64,000 bases of DNA from an uncultured Chloroflexia bacterium (GCA_963734535.1 CAVTHS010000003.1:224001-288000), one strand, 5' to 3'. Positions 41,627-52,921 are shown, counted from the stretch's first letter. Translations and numbers: made by a program. Notes: a model not told the origin generated them from the sequence alone.

Positions 41627-42592
41627 ATGGGCACGGTGCGGGAGGTGCGGATCGCGAAGCGGACGGGGTTCTGCTACGGCGTTCGCGAAGCCGTCGACAA
41701 GGCGAAGGAATCCGCCGACGCGGGCAAGCGCACCCAGACGCTCGGCCAGGTTGTCCACAACGAGGGCGTGATCGCGGAGCTCGGCGCGCGCGGCGTCGTG
41801 AGCATCGCGGAGCTCTCCGAGGCCGATGCCGGCTCGACGGTCGTGATCCGTGCGCACGGGGTGACGCCTGCCGTCCGCTCCGCCGCTGCCGACCGCGGCC
41901 TGGAGATGATCGACGGGACCTGCTCGTGGGTGATCGGCGAGCAGCGCCAGCTCCAGGGGCTGGTCGCCGACGGGTACACGATCGTCCTCCTCGGAACGCC
42001 CAACCACCCGGAGGTCGTCGGCCTGCTGGGCTTCGCGCCGGACGCGATCGTCGTCGACGACGAATCCGACTGGGACCGGATTCCGCGCAAGAAGCGGATG
42101 GCGCTCATCACCCAGTCGACCCAGCCTCCCTGGAAGTTCGAGCGGCTGGCCGCCTTCATGGTGGGCCGCGCCCACGAGCTGAAGATCATCAACAGCGTCT
42201 GCCCGGTGACGATCCGTCGCCAGGAGGACACCGTGGAGCTGGCCCGGGCCGTCGACTTCATCGTGGTGGTGGGCGGGCGTCAGTCGGCCAACACGCGCGA
42301 GCTCACCCGGCTCTGCGAGATCGTCGGGACGCCCGCGATCCAGGTGGAGCGCTCCGACGACCTCACCGACGCGTCCGTGTTCGGCTCTTCCGGGGTCGTC
42401 GGCGTGACCGGCGGGACCTCGACGCCGATCGAGGACCTGGAGGCCGTTGCCGAGCGAATCCTCACGCTGGCCGGAACCCCCGACGCTGTCGCGCACGCCC
42501 ACGCGCTCGCCGTCGCGGCGCTCGGTGCGGCCGCGACCCCTGCCGGGCGTACGACGTCGCTGCCGAGCCCCGTGCTCGCGGCGGCTCGCTGA
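41627..42592 (+). CDS. ispH: 4-hydroxy-3-methylbut-2-enyl diphosphate reductase
   Basis: GFCYGV, VVHN, IRAHG, DGTC, HPEV, NSVC, SANT, GVTGGTSTP. Confidence 0.95.
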   Translation: MGTVREVRIAKRTGFCYGVREAVDKAKESADAGKRTQTLGQVVHNEGVIAELGARGVVSIAELSEADAGSTVVIRAHGVTPAVRSAAADRGLEMIDGTCSWVIGEQRQLQGLVADGYTIVLLGTPNHPEVVGLLGFAPDAIVVDDESDWDRIPRKKRMALITQSTQPPWKFERLAAFMVGRAHELKIINSVCPVTIRRQEDTVELARAVDFIVVVGGRQSANTRELTRLCEIVGTPAIQVERSDDLTDASVFGSSGVVGVTGGTSTPIEDLEAVAERILTLAGTPDAVAHAHALAVAALGAAATPAGRTTSLPSPVLAAAR

Positions 42593-42599
42593 GCGGCGG

Positions 42600-44138
42600 G
42601 TGGCATCCCTCCCCGTCGTCGCGCTCGTCGGCCGTCCGAACGTCGGCAAGAGCACGCTCTTCAACCGGATCGTCGGCGACCCGCGCGCCGCGATCGTCGA
42701 GGATCGCGCCCGGACCACCCGCGACCGCCTCTACGCCGAGGCTGACTGGAACGGGCGCTCGTTCCTCGTCGTCGACACCGGCGGGCTCGAGACGACGCCC
42801 GGCAACGCCATCGAGGAGAAGGTCCAGGAGCAGGCGCGCCTCGCGATCGCCGAAGCGGACGTGATCGTCTTCCTCCTCGACGCGACGACCGGCATCACGC
42901 CCTCCGACCAGGAGGCCGCCGAGATGCTGCGGCGCGCATCTGCGCCCGTCATCCTCGCGCCCAACAAGGCCGACAACGCGAAGCGCGAGCTCGATGCAGT
43001 CGAGTTCTGGGCACTCGGCTGGCCCGAGTCGTGGCCGATCTCGGCCGCCCACGGCCGGGGTGTCGCGGACCTCCTCGACGCGATCGTCACCGCGCTGCCA
43101 CCCGAGAGCGCCGAGGAGCGGACCCGCAAGACCCGCCTTGAGCGCCAGGACCTCGCGGCCGCCCACGTGGCAGATGCGCTCGCCGAAGGGATCGTCCCAT
43201 TCGAGCAGGATTCAGCCGACGCGGACCTGGCCGGTGACGAGTTCGACGCAGACCACGTCCCTGGTCCCGTGACGATCGCGCTCGTCGGACGGCCCAACGT
43301 CGGCAAGTCGAGCCTCCTCAATGCGCTCCTCGGCGAGGAGCGGATGATCGTCAGCGAGATCCCCGGCACCACCCGCGACGCGATCGACACGCGGATGGCG
43401 TTCGGCCAGGGCGAGATCGTGCTCGTCGACACGGCGGGGATCCGGCGCCGCGGGAAGGTTGCCTCCGGGCCGGACGCCGATCGCTATTCGACGCTCCGTG
43501 CGCTCAAGGCGGTCGATCGCGCCGACGTGGTCGTGCTGGTGGTCGACGCCGTGGACGGGCTCACCGCGCAGGACGCGCACGTCGCCGGGTACGCGGTGGA
43601 CGCGGGCAAGGGGCTGGTCCTCGCGATCAACAAGTGGGACCTGGTCCAGGAGAAGACCGACAGGACGTTCGACCAGTACGTGACGTGGATCCAGCGCGAC
43701 GCGCCGTTCCTGGACTTCGCGCCGGCGGTCTCCATCAGCGCGAAGACCGGACAGCGGGTGGAGCGAGTGCTCGAGCTGGCCGTGGACGTGTGGGGCGAGC
43801 GCCGCAAGCGCATCGGCACGGGCGAGCTGAACCGGCTCCTGACCGAGGCGGTCGCGCGCCAGGCGCCGCCGGCCGTCAAGAACCGCCGGCCGCGGCTCTA
43901 CTACGCCACGCAGGCGGGAATCGAGCCGCCCACCTTCATCTTCTTCGCGAACGACGCCGCCCTGATCCACTTCTCCTACCGGCGCTACCTGGAGAACCGG
44001 ATCCGCGACGTGCTCGGCTTCCACGGCGCACCGATCAAGCTGGTCTTCCGCGATCGCGGAACCGAACGGCCGCGACGTGCACGTCCGGCTGCGCGGGCGC
44101 GCGCGAGCGCACGTCCGGGGACGCGCCGACCGAGCTGA
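42600..44138 (+). CDS. der: Ribosome biogenesis GTPase Der (EngA)
   Basis: Two GRPNVGKS motifs, DTGG/DTAG, NKAD/NKWD, C-terminal KH-like PPTF..F.N...HFSY.RYLEN. Confidence 0.97.
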   Translation: MASLPVVALVGRPNVGKSTLFNRIVGDPRAAIVEDRARTTRDRLYAEADWNGRSFLVVDTGGLETTPGNAIEEKVQEQARLAIAEADVIVFLLDATTGITPSDQEAAEMLRRASAPVILAPNKADNAKRELDAVEFWALGWPESWPISAAHGRGVADLLDAIVTALPPESAEERTRKTRLERQDLAAAHVADALAEGIVPFEQDSADADLAGDEFDADHVPGPVTIALVGRPNVGKSSLLNALLGEERMIVSEIPGTTRDAIDTRMAFGQGEIVLVDTAGIRRRGKVASGPDADRYSTLRALKAVDRADVVVLVVDAVDGLTAQDAHVAGYAVDAGKGLVLAINKWDLVQEKTDRTFDQYVTWIQRDAPFLDFAPAVSISAKTGQRVERVLELAVDVWGERRKRIGTGELNRLLTEAVARQAPPAVKNRRPRLYYATQAGIEPPTFIFFANDAALIHFSYRRYLENRIRDVLGFHGAPIKLVFRDRGTERPRRARPAARARASARPGTRRPS

Positions 44139-44209
44139 GCGCCGTCGGCGGGCGGGCCGAGTCGGCCGCGTCCGGGTAACGGACCGGGCGTCTGGTATTC
44201 TCTCCGGGT

Positions 44210-44286
44210 CGGGGCGTGGCGCAGCTTGGTAGCGCACCTGAATGGGGTTCAGGAGGTCGAGCGTTCGAATCGCTCCGCCCCGACCA
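44210..44286 (+). tRNA. tRNA-Pro (anticodon GGG)
   Basis: CGGGGCG/CGCCCCG acceptor stem, D-arm GCGCAGCTTGGTAGCGC, anticodon stem CCTGA/TCAGG with loop ATGGGGT, GTTCGAATC T-loop, encoded CCA. Confidence 0.97.
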
Positions 44287-44301
44287 TCGCCTGAACACGA
44301 C

Positions 44302-44332
44302 GATGGCCTCCGGTACGCCGCCGGAGGCCATC
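44302..44332 (+). terminator. Stem-loop downstream of tRNA-Pro (probable intrinsic terminator)
   Basis: GATGGCCTCCGG-N7-CCGGAGGCCATC perfect 12-bp stem. Confidence 0.7.
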
Positions 44333-44441
44333 TGATTCGGCCCCAGGTCCCCGTTTGATCCCTTCCGGTCCCCAGGCGCGGCGGGCGAGATACCCCTCCC
44401 CGCGGTCGGCGGCGCTCAGGTCCTGGGCGAGGGGCTGCTGT

Positions 44442-45059
44442 TCAGCGTTGTGCCGGCCGGACCAGGACCCAGACCCGCAACCCGCCGTCAGGCGCGGTGC
44501 GGTCGCCGGCGGCCTGGAAGCCCAGGCGCTCGTAGAGGCGGCAGTTCGCTTCGTTCGAGGTTTCGACCGCCGCCGGGAGGCCGGCCTCGTCGCAGGCGGC
44601 CAGGCCGGCGCGGATGACAAGCGAGGCCAGTCCCTCGCGCCGGCGGTCCGGTCGCGTGCCGACGGTCGCGAGGTACCAGTGAGACCCGGCGGGGCGGAGC
44701 GGCGCTGTCTCCGCGTCGAGGGCGTCGACCGCCTCGAGCCGGTCACCGAAGAGGGCGGCCGATTCTTCGTTGAGACGGGTGCGAAGGACGTCGCTGATCG
44801 GGGTCCGGCCGGGCTTGACCCAGCCGGCAACGGAGCTGATGTCGTCGGTCACCCACGTGCTGCCCGCCTCGGCGCCGACCAGCCCGGCGTAGAGCAGGTG
44901 GAGGCCGCGGAGGCGCTCACGGCGGTTGTCGGCGGGAACGGCCCAGCGAGACCATTCGTAGTCGATAAACGCGTCGGCGAGCAGGTCGGCGATCGGCCCG
45001 GCATCCTCGAAGGTCGCCAACCGAACGGCGGGGCGGGGCATCGTCATCGCCGAACTCAT
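44442..45059 (-). CDS. GNAT-family N-acetyltransferase (puromycin acetyltransferase-like)
   Basis: LADAF.DY.W, HWYLATVGTRPDRRREGLAS, ETSNEAN.RLYERLGF; GAGGAG RBS. Confidence 0.85.
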   Translation of the reverse strand: MSSAMTMPRPAVRLATFEDAGPIADLLADAFIDYEWSRWAVPADNRRERLRGLHLLYAGLVGAEAGSTWVTDDISSVAGWVKPGRTPISDVLRTRLNEESAALFGDRLEAVDALDAETAPLRPAGSHWYLATVGTRPDRRREGLASLVIRAGLAACDEAGLPAAVETSNEANCRLYERLGFQAAGDRTAPDGGLRVWVLVRPAQR

Positions 45060-45384
45060 TCGGGTCTCCTCTCCCGTCAAGACCGAGCTGCCTGGCCCGT
45101 GCCGCGGTGGTCGGGGGCCCTGGTTCGACAGGATTGACCGAGACCAGGGGCATACCCAGATCGCGGACTCTCCTGAGCAGTCCGTGCAAGGCGGCCTGGT
45201 CGACGACCGGACCGGTGATGAGCGTGTCGCCACCGTCGAGTGCGATCGTCAGGCCCGCGAACCAGTCCGCCCATCGAGAATTGAGCTGGCCGGTGATCCG
45301 GATCTGATAGACCGTCGGTTGGCTCGATTCGAGGTGTGGGTCGAGCCCTGGTGACATCGCTCGGTGCCGGTTGCGGCTCATCAT
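44917..45384 (-). CDS. Small conserved hypothetical protein of the YxIRxxGxL..W..WF..DQAALHGLL type; 3' end uncertain
   Basis: YQIRITGQLNSRWADWFAGLTI..T.ITGPVVDQAALHGLLRRVRDLGMPLVSVN; as sequenced the frame overruns the GNAT start by 143 bp. Confidence 0.7.
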   Translation of the reverse strand: MMSRNRHRAMSPGLDPHLESSQPTVYQIRITGQLNSRWADWFAGLTIALDGGDTLITGPVVDQAALHGLLRRVRDLGMPLVSVNPVEPGPPTTAARARQLGLDGRGDPNEFGDDDAPPRRSVGDLRGCRADRRPARRRVYRLRMVSLGRSRRQPP

Positions 45385-45391
45385 TGCCAGC

Positions 45392-46132
<741 letters not shown>

Positions 46133-46144
46133 TGTCCGTCGCTC

Positions 46145-47308
46145 CTATTCGTAGCGGAGGGCCGCGACCGGGTCGAGGCGCGCCGCGTTCCAGGCGGGGA
46201 TGATTCCGGCGACGACGCCGAGAATGGTCGAGAAGAGAACGGCGAAGACTGCGGTCTGCGGGGTGAGCTGGAAGAGGATCATCCCCGAGCTCCGGCCGGC
46301 CTCGTTGGCGAGGACCACGACCACCGAGCCGAGGCCCAGTCCGAGCATGCCACCCAGCAGGCCGATCAGCCCGGCCTCACTCACGAGCTCACGGACGACG
46401 CGGGTCCGCGAGCCGCCGATCGCCCGCTTGATCCCGATCTCCCGGGTCCGCTCGGCGACAGACATGGCCATCGTGTTGATGACCGAGAGGCCGCCGACGA
46501 TCAGGCTGATCAGGGCCACGCCGACGATGATCGCGTTGAAGATCGCGACCGAAGAGCCCACGACCCCGTCGAACTCGGTTCCGGTCATCGCCGAGGCGTT
46601 CGGGATGTCGGCCTCGATCCGTGCGGCAAGGGCTTCGACGTCGGTTCCCTCCGCGGGATAGACCGTGATGTCGGTCACGATCTGGTCCGCCCGGATGTTC
46701 TCGCGGACGACCGGGGGCAGATCCTGGACGAAGATGTCCTGGGCCGCCGCGAGCGGCACGATCGCCGTCGCATCGGGCGCGGTCAGGGTCGGCTCGAGGG
46801 TCCCGACCACCTCGAACGTCATGCCCCGGATCTTGAGCGTGTCGCCGATGCCCTTGCCGAGCTTGCGGGCGAGGTCGGAACCGAGGACGGCCACGAGGGA
46901 ATCGGCGTCTTCGGCGGCGAGCGCCCGGCCCCGGGCGACCTGGGCGTCATACATGTTGCCGTGATCTGCTCCGGGCAGGTCCCCGACGACCATGTCGGGC
47001 ATGCTGATCCCGCTCGCCGACGCGGGATCGAGGAGGGTGCTGACGCCAGGAACGGCCGCAGCCACCCCTGGGATCGCGGCGATATCCTCAACCAGGGCGA
47101 TCGCCATGGGGCTGTCTCCGGACAGCCCACCGGATTTGTCGGTGACGACGATCTTGCCCGCGTAGTAGTCGCTGCCGATGGCGACGATCGAGCTGATCTT
47201 GTTGGCCATCGAGCCGAACACGACGAGGGCCCAGATGCCGATCGTGATGCCGGTGACGGTCAGGGCGGTCCGAAGCCGCCGTCGGGCGAGATTGCGCAAC
47301 AGGCTCAT
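46145..47308 (-). CDS. ABC transporter permease (FtsX/MacB type)
   Basis: RNLARRRLRTALT, MSVAERTREIGIKRAIG, PAWNAARLDPVAALRYE. Confidence 0.93.
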   Translation of the reverse strand: MSLLRNLARRRLRTALTVTGITIGIWALVVFGSMANKISSIVAIGSDYYAGKIVVTDKSGGLSGDSPMAIALVEDIAAIPGVAAAVPGVSTLLDPASASGISMPDMVVGDLPGADHGNMYDAQVARGRALAAEDADSLVAVLGSDLARKLGKGIGDTLKIRGMTFEVVGTLEPTLTAPDATAIVPLAAAQDIFVQDLPPVVRENIRADQIVTDITVYPAEGTDVEALAARIEADIPNASAMTGTEFDGVVGSSVAIFNAIIVGVALISLIVGGLSVINTMAMSVAERTREIGIKRAIGGSRTRVVRELVSEAGLIGLLGGMLGLGLGSVVVVLANEAGRSSGMILFQLTPQTAVFAVLFSTILGVVAGIIPAWNAARLDPVAALRYE

Positions 47309-47408
47309 GCGTGATTCTCCTGGATGCTGCTGACGGTCCCCGACGCCACGGCTCGGGCAGGGAGTGCCGCGACCTGTCGAGACAGCGGGAGGTGTGGCCA
47401 CCTGACCC

Positions 47409-48386
47409 TCAGACGGTGATGACGACCTTCCCCCGAGCATGTCCGGCTTCGAGATAGCGGATCGCGTCCGGGCTTTCAGGCAGCGGATAGGTCCGATCGA
47501 TGACCGGTGTGACCTTCCCGCCCTCGGCGAGCTCCTTGAGGACGACCAGGTCCTCCTTCGTGACATGAGCCGTGAACGCGAACAGCTTCTGGGTTCCGAA
47601 CCTGGACGCGACGACCGCGCGGAGGATCTGACCGAAGGGTCCGATCCACTTGCTGCGGCCGCCGTGGGAGAGCAGCAGCGTCCCCCGCGGTTCCAGAGCG
47701 CGCCGGCAGTCCGACACCGAGTGGTTGCCGACGAGATCGAGGATCAGGTCGTACCGGTTCGGACCTCGCGTGAAGTCCTCCGCGGTGTAGTCGATGACGT
47801 GGTCGGCGCCGATCGCGTGGACCATCTCCACGTTCTGCGTGCTGCACACGCCGGTCACGTTGGCGCCGAACGCCTTCGCGATCTGCACGGCGAAGGTCCC
47901 CACGCCGCCCGACGCCCCGTTGACCAGGACCGTCTGGCCAGGCTTGACGCGTCCGTGGTCGCGGATCGCCCGGAGCGCGGTCGTGGCCGCGATGGGCATC
48001 GAGGCAGCCTGTGCGAACGTGAGGTTCGCCGGCCTGGGCGCCAGTTCGCGCTCGGAAGCGCACGCGTATCCGGCGAAGGTGCCCTGCCCCACGCCATAGA
48101 CCTCGTCGCCCGGGCGAAGCTGCGTCACGTTCTTGCCGACCGCCTCGACCTGGCCCGCGAGATCCCTGCCCCGGATGGGGAGCTTCGGGCCGCGGATCCC
48201 GAACCCGGCGGACGCGGCGCCCCGCACGATGTAGGGCAGCCCTCGCATGAAGTGCAGGTCGTATGGATTGGCGGAGGCCGCGTGGACGCGGACCAGCACG
48301 TCATCGTCCCCGACGATCGGCCTGTCGAGCTCTCGGAGCGCAAGCGCATCCGCCGCGCCGTATCTGTCCTGGGCGATTGCCTTCAT
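47409..48386 (-). CDS. NAD(P)-dependent MDR oxidoreductase (quinone oxidoreductase-like)
   Basis: MKAIAQDRYG, G.DLAG.VE.VG, VNGASGGVGTFAVQIAK, PVIDRTYPL, HARGKVVI. Confidence 0.92.
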   Translation of the reverse strand: MKAIAQDRYGAADALALRELDRPIVGDDDVLVRVHAASANPYDLHFMRGLPYIVRGAASAGFGIRGPKLPIRGRDLAGQVEAVGKNVTQLRPGDEVYGVGQGTFAGYACASERELAPRPANLTFAQAASMPIAATTALRAIRDHGRVKPGQTVLVNGASGGVGTFAVQIAKAFGANVTGVCSTQNVEMVHAIGADHVIDYTAEDFTRGPNRYDLILDLVGNHSVSDCRRALEPRGTLLLSHGGRSKWIGPFGQILRAVVASRFGTQKLFAFTAHVTKEDLVVLKELAEGGKVTPVIDRTYPLPESPDAIRYLEAGHARGKVVITV

Positions 48387-48506
48387 CGTGTCCCCTTCGA
48401 TCCGTCGCGTCGGTTGACGCGCCGTCCGAGCCTCTGCCGCCCGGTCCCTGGCAGCCCCTGTCGCTGGTCTGCACGGGCAGCGTGTCCCCTCGACGGGATG
48501 AGTGTC

Positions 48507-48524
48507 ATACCTCCCACGAGGTAT
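48507..48524. promoter_or_regulatory. Perfect palindrome, candidate LuxR/NarL-type operator
   Basis: ATACCTC-CCAC-GAGGTAT in the intergenic region upstream of the MDR-ABC unit. Confidence 0.55.
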
Positions 48525-48759
48525 TCAGGGGACTATTCGCGGACGGCCGGAAGCGCGGAGGGGAGCCTGCGGACCGCCTCCCGCCGAGCAGCGTCCCGGA
48601 GGCTGTGGGGCCCAGTCGTCGGGGCGGTGAAGCGGGCAGGAGCCCCGGGGCCATCTCGTGGCGACCCCCTGCGTGCGGCTGCCGACGCGGAGGTTGGGGT
48701 AGATCGAGCGGTCTGAGCGCGATGATGGCTCGGCGAACAGCCTGCACTCGCGGTCGCAA

Positions 48760-49740
48760 CTATGCGACGACGACCACGACGTTCCCCAGCTTCTGGCCGG
48801 TTTCGGCGTACGTGTGTGCCTCGACCATCCGCTCGAGCGGGAAGCTCCGGCCGATGACCGGGTGCAGCCGTCCCGCTTCGACCAGGCCTCGCAGGTAGGC
48901 CAGGTCCTCGCCCGTTCCGCTCGATCCTGCGAATGACACCCGCTTCCTGCTTCCCCTCGACGCCCACTTGGCGCGAACGATCTGCAGGAAGCCCGGATTG
49001 GCCATGAGGAGACATCCGTTCTCAGTCAGCAACCTCACCATGCGACCAGACGGCGTGTTGCGGACGACGTCGAAGATGACGTCGTAGGTCTCGGGCCTGT
49101 CGGTGAAGTCCTCCTGGGCGTAGTCGATGACGCGATCTGCGCCGATCGTGCGCAGCATCTCCAGCTTCGGCCCACTGTCCACCGCGGTCACGTGCGCCCC
49201 GAGGACCTTGGCGAGCTGGACAGCGAACGTGCCGAAGCTTCCTCCCGCTCCGTTGACCAGGACCCTTTGCCCGCTCCGGAGGTTCGCCTTCCGCAGGAAC
49301 TGCAATGCCTCGCCTCCCCCATAGGGCACGGCCGCAGCTTCCTCGTAGCCCAGGTTCGCGGGCATCGTCGTGATCGCCCCGGTCCTGGGGTTCTCGCGCA
49401 GGCAGATGTACTCCGCGTAGGCTCCCAGCCCGATGCCCGTTGCCGCGAAGATCCGGTCGCCCTGTTTGAGCGACCTGACCAGTCTGCCTACCGACTCGAC
49501 GTCACCGGCAAGCTCCTGCCCGAGCACGGGTTGTCTCGGTCTGCGGATGCCGAACGCGAGCCGGATAGGCACCCAGATCCAGGGGGCGAAGTCGAACCTA
49601 CGCAGCTCGCAATCGGCCGCGCTGACCGTCGTGGCGCGGATCCGGACCAGCACCTCGTCGTCCTTCGGGACGGGCTTCGGCACCTCTCTGAGTTGAAGGA
49701 CATCCGGGGGCCCGTAGGCCGTGCAGACGATCGCTCTCAT
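48760..49740 (-). CDS. NAD(P)-dependent MDR oxidoreductase (second paralogue)
   Basis: MRAIVCTAYGPPDVL, G.ELAG.VE.VG, VNGAGGSFGTFAVQLAK, GQKLGNVVV; ATGA overlap with the regulator. Confidence 0.92.
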   Translation of the reverse strand: MRAIVCTAYGPPDVLQLREVPKPVPKDDEVLVRIRATTVSAADCELRRFDFAPWIWVPIRLAFGIRRPRQPVLGQELAGDVESVGRLVRSLKQGDRIFAATGIGLGAYAEYICLRENPRTGAITTMPANLGYEEAAAVPYGGGEALQFLRKANLRSGQRVLVNGAGGSFGTFAVQLAKVLGAHVTAVDSGPKLEMLRTIGADRVIDYAQEDFTDRPETYDVIFDVVRNTPSGRMVRLLTENGCLLMANPGFLQIVRAKWASRGSRKRVSFAGSSGTGEDLAYLRGLVEAGRLHPVIGRSFPLERMVEAHTYAETGQKLGNVVVVVA

Positions 49741-52430
49741 GGGTCTCCGTCGGGGCGACGGCCCTCGGACAGGTAGCCCAGGGCTCGTCCCCCGGCGACT
49801 GCCTGCGTGCGACTGCTGACGCCGAGCTTGGCGTAGATGGTGCGGGCGTGCGCCTTCACCGTGTGGAGCGACAGATACAGCCTGGCTGCGATCTCCTGGT
49901 TGGTGAGCCCCGTGGCGATGAGAGCGAGCACTTCGAGCTCGCGGCAGCTGAGCGGTTCGGCGAGACGCCTTCCGGCCACTCTCGTCGCGGGTGATGCGGC
50001 CCGTCGCGCGTCATCGACGGGAAACGCGGCCAGCAATCGCCGCACGTACTCCGGACGAACCCCTCGAGACAACGCCTCGAGGAGCAGGCGAGCCATCGGC
50101 GCGCCTTCGTCGACGAAGATGCGGATGAAGCCGCCCGGCTCGGCCACCGCCAGTGCTGCGTCCAGCAGGTCCACGGCCGTGGCCCGCTCGCCAAGGGCAT
50201 CGAAGGCGACGGCGCGCAGGATCATGGTCTTGAGCTGCTCATCCGCCCAAGCCCGTTCCTCCACCCGCCGGAGATATGGCTCCAGCACCGCCAGTGCTGT
50301 CGAGGGCTCTCCCTGGGCGAGGTGGACCCGAGCGCGGGCAAGGGGAAGGTCGTGCGTCTCGGCCAGGTGAGCGGCACCCGCCAGATTGCCCTGCCGGAGC
50401 AACGTCAGCACCTGGGCAGCAGCGATCTCGGGCACGCGATGTACGAAGCTGTTCTCGCGCACAGACTGCTCGGTCTCCGCCAGCATGGCGGCCGCGCCGG
50501 CCACATCTCCCCGGGCCAGCTTCAGGCGAGCCAGGAACACTTCGCAGAAGACGTATCGATCAATCGCGCGATCGTATTGCCGCGCCAGTTGAAGGCTCTG
50601 CTGCCCGTACTGTTGAGCGGCATCCAAATCGTTCCATTCATAGAAGATGCGAGCCAGGCCAATAAACTCCTGATCAGCAGTCGAGGGTGCCTGATTTCCA
50701 AGCAGCTGCAAGGAGCAACGGTAGGTTTCGGCCGCCTGGTAGAGCTGGTTTTCAGATTCCTGCACATTGCCGAATCCGGTTGTGGCCAACACGGTGATGT
50801 TGATATTCCCGAATGTCTGCCTGATCGCTTTGGCTTCCATATAGGCCTGACGGGCCGCGGCACGGTCACCCTGGAGCTGGTGGGCAAACCCCAGCGCCCG
50901 GAGAGCTCTACCGCGGGAAGGCAGGTTATCGGGTTGCAGGTACCCCAGGGCGCGGTGCGCCTGGTTGATCATGGCTTCGGGCTCGTAGCCGGCGAGCGCC
51001 AGGGTGGCTCTGGCGGCGGCAATCTGTCCCAGCAGGTCGCGGGTCTTGTCATCGAGATCGGCATCTTGCAGAGCGCTTTCAGCGGCTTGGAGCTTCTCTT
51101 CCACACCGGTTGTCCGTCCCGCGTCCAGCGCCACCGTGGCAGACCTCACCCACAACCAGGGCCTGGCATCCAATACGGTCCTTGGCAGCGAATCCAGCCA
51201 TTCGAATTCGGCTGTCACTGCTGCGCGTGAGTGCTGGGGGATCCGCCCACTGATGATCAGCCGCTCGGCGCGTTCAATGTCATTGGCGGCGGCCGCATGG
51301 TGGAAGGCTTCGACCTCCAGGGCATTGTCTTCGTACCATTGGCTGGCACGGATGTGGAATTCGGCCATGCTCCTTCCTTCATCCCCTCCTGAAGAAGCGA
51401 GGCTCTGGTGCAACCGCTGCCGCAGAAGCTCGGCGAAGAGATGGTGATAGCGGCACCATCGCCGCTCGTTGTCCAGGGGGACGATGAACAGGTTCGCTCG
51501 CTCGAGATACTCCAGGGTCTCCTGGCCGGAAGCTACGGACTCGGACATCACGGCATCACAGAGCGGGCCGCAGAGCCGATCCAGGATGGACGTCCGCAGC
51601 AGGAAGGTCTGGATTGATTCGGGCTGCCGCTGGAGGACTTCTTCGACCAGATAGTCGAGCACGAAGTGGTGGCTGCCGGCGAACGACCTGATGAATCCTG
51701 CGACGTCGTCACGGCCCTGCAGTGAGATCGCGGCCAGCTGCAGGCCCGCGATCCAACCTTCGGTACGAGTTTCCAGGGCGGCGATGTCGTCCGCCGTGAG
51801 GTCCAGGCCCATCACCTGGTTGAGAAAGCTCGGCGGCCTCGGACGGGGTGAAGCGCAGGTCGACGGCTCGCAGTTCGGTCAGCTGGCCCCGGGCGCGCAG
51901 TCGGGCCAGGGGCAGCGCGGGATCCTCACGGGTGGCGATGACCAGGTGCAGCTGCGGCGGCAGGTGCTCGACCAGGAAGGCCAGCGCATCGTCCACCGGC
52001 TTTGCGTCGAGGACGTGGTAGTCGTCGAGGACGAGGACGACGATCGCTCGGGATGGTCGGCGACGTCGTTGAGCAGGGCCGTCAGCGTCGACTCGGGTGA
52101 CGGGGGCTGCGGCGATTGGAGCACGGCCAGCACCCCTGTCTCCGATCCCGGGCGCGATCGTCTGCAGAGCCGCGATCAGGTAGGTCAGGAAGCGGTTGGG
52201 ATCGCTGTCGCCTTCGATCGAGCGACAGCCATGCCACCGGTCGCCCGCAGCCCGCGACCCATTCACTGACCAGCGTCGTCTTGCCAAAGCCGGCAGGGGC
52301 GGAGACCAGGGTCAGCCTGTGGCCGGCAGCGAGGCCCTCGTTCAGCCGCTCGATCAGTCGCGGACGGAGGACGACCCGTTCGCCGCGAGGGTGGGATGTA
52401 GAGCTTGGTGGCCAGGAGCGCCGCGGGCAC
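49737..52430 (-). pseudogene. MalT-like (STAND ATPase-TPR-LuxR) transcriptional regulator, interrupted by six apparent +1 insertions (likely consensus artefacts)
   Basis: LLATKLYIP, RPRLIERL, SAPAGFGKTT, WLSLD, LVLDDYH, TREDP.LPLARLR, RTEGWIAGLQL, YHHLF, C-terminal LS.RELEVL..TVK.H..IY.KL; these motifs lie in shifting frames between 52390 and 51825. Confidence 0.88.
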
Positions 52431-52921
52431 GGATCAACTATAGAGACGCAGGTCCCGGGAATTGCCGTCTCCAGTGCGGGGATGGGACGTATGACAAGGA
52501 CGTAGCAGGGGGCAGCACCGGGCGCCATTCCGCCCGATCGGCCGGATGACGGGCCGTCATGACAGGTCTCGCGCCTCGAGGGAACAGTCGGCAGGATGGT
52601 AGGGCGTTCACGGCCCTCCTCGCCCGATCTCAGCGGGCTCGAAATGCTGCGAGGAGCTGCGCCCGATGAACGCCACGGCCGCCTTGATCCAGACGGTCCG
52701 CCACCTGCCTCCCGTCAAGGCCCTCCCGTCTTTCAACCCTCTGCGGCGGCTCGCACCCAGGATGACCGACGCCCAGCTGGCAGCGCGGCGCGGCTACCAG
52801 CGTCCGGCACCGCCAGGCAAACGCCGATAGCCTCGTCAATGGCGACACCCTCCCTCGCGTCCATCTCGGGGATGGGGGCGCATCGGGAGGTCCCTGCGGC
52901 AAGCGTGCCACCGCGGCTCCC

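Noticed and set aside
43090-43270. Long acidic linker between the two G domains of Der
   Set aside because: The inter-domain linker of Der is known to be acidic and variable in length
51820-52430. Programmed ribosomal frameshifting or phase variation in the MalT-like gene
   Set aside because: Six independent shifts without slippery sequences or long homopolymers; artefact or decay is more parsimonious
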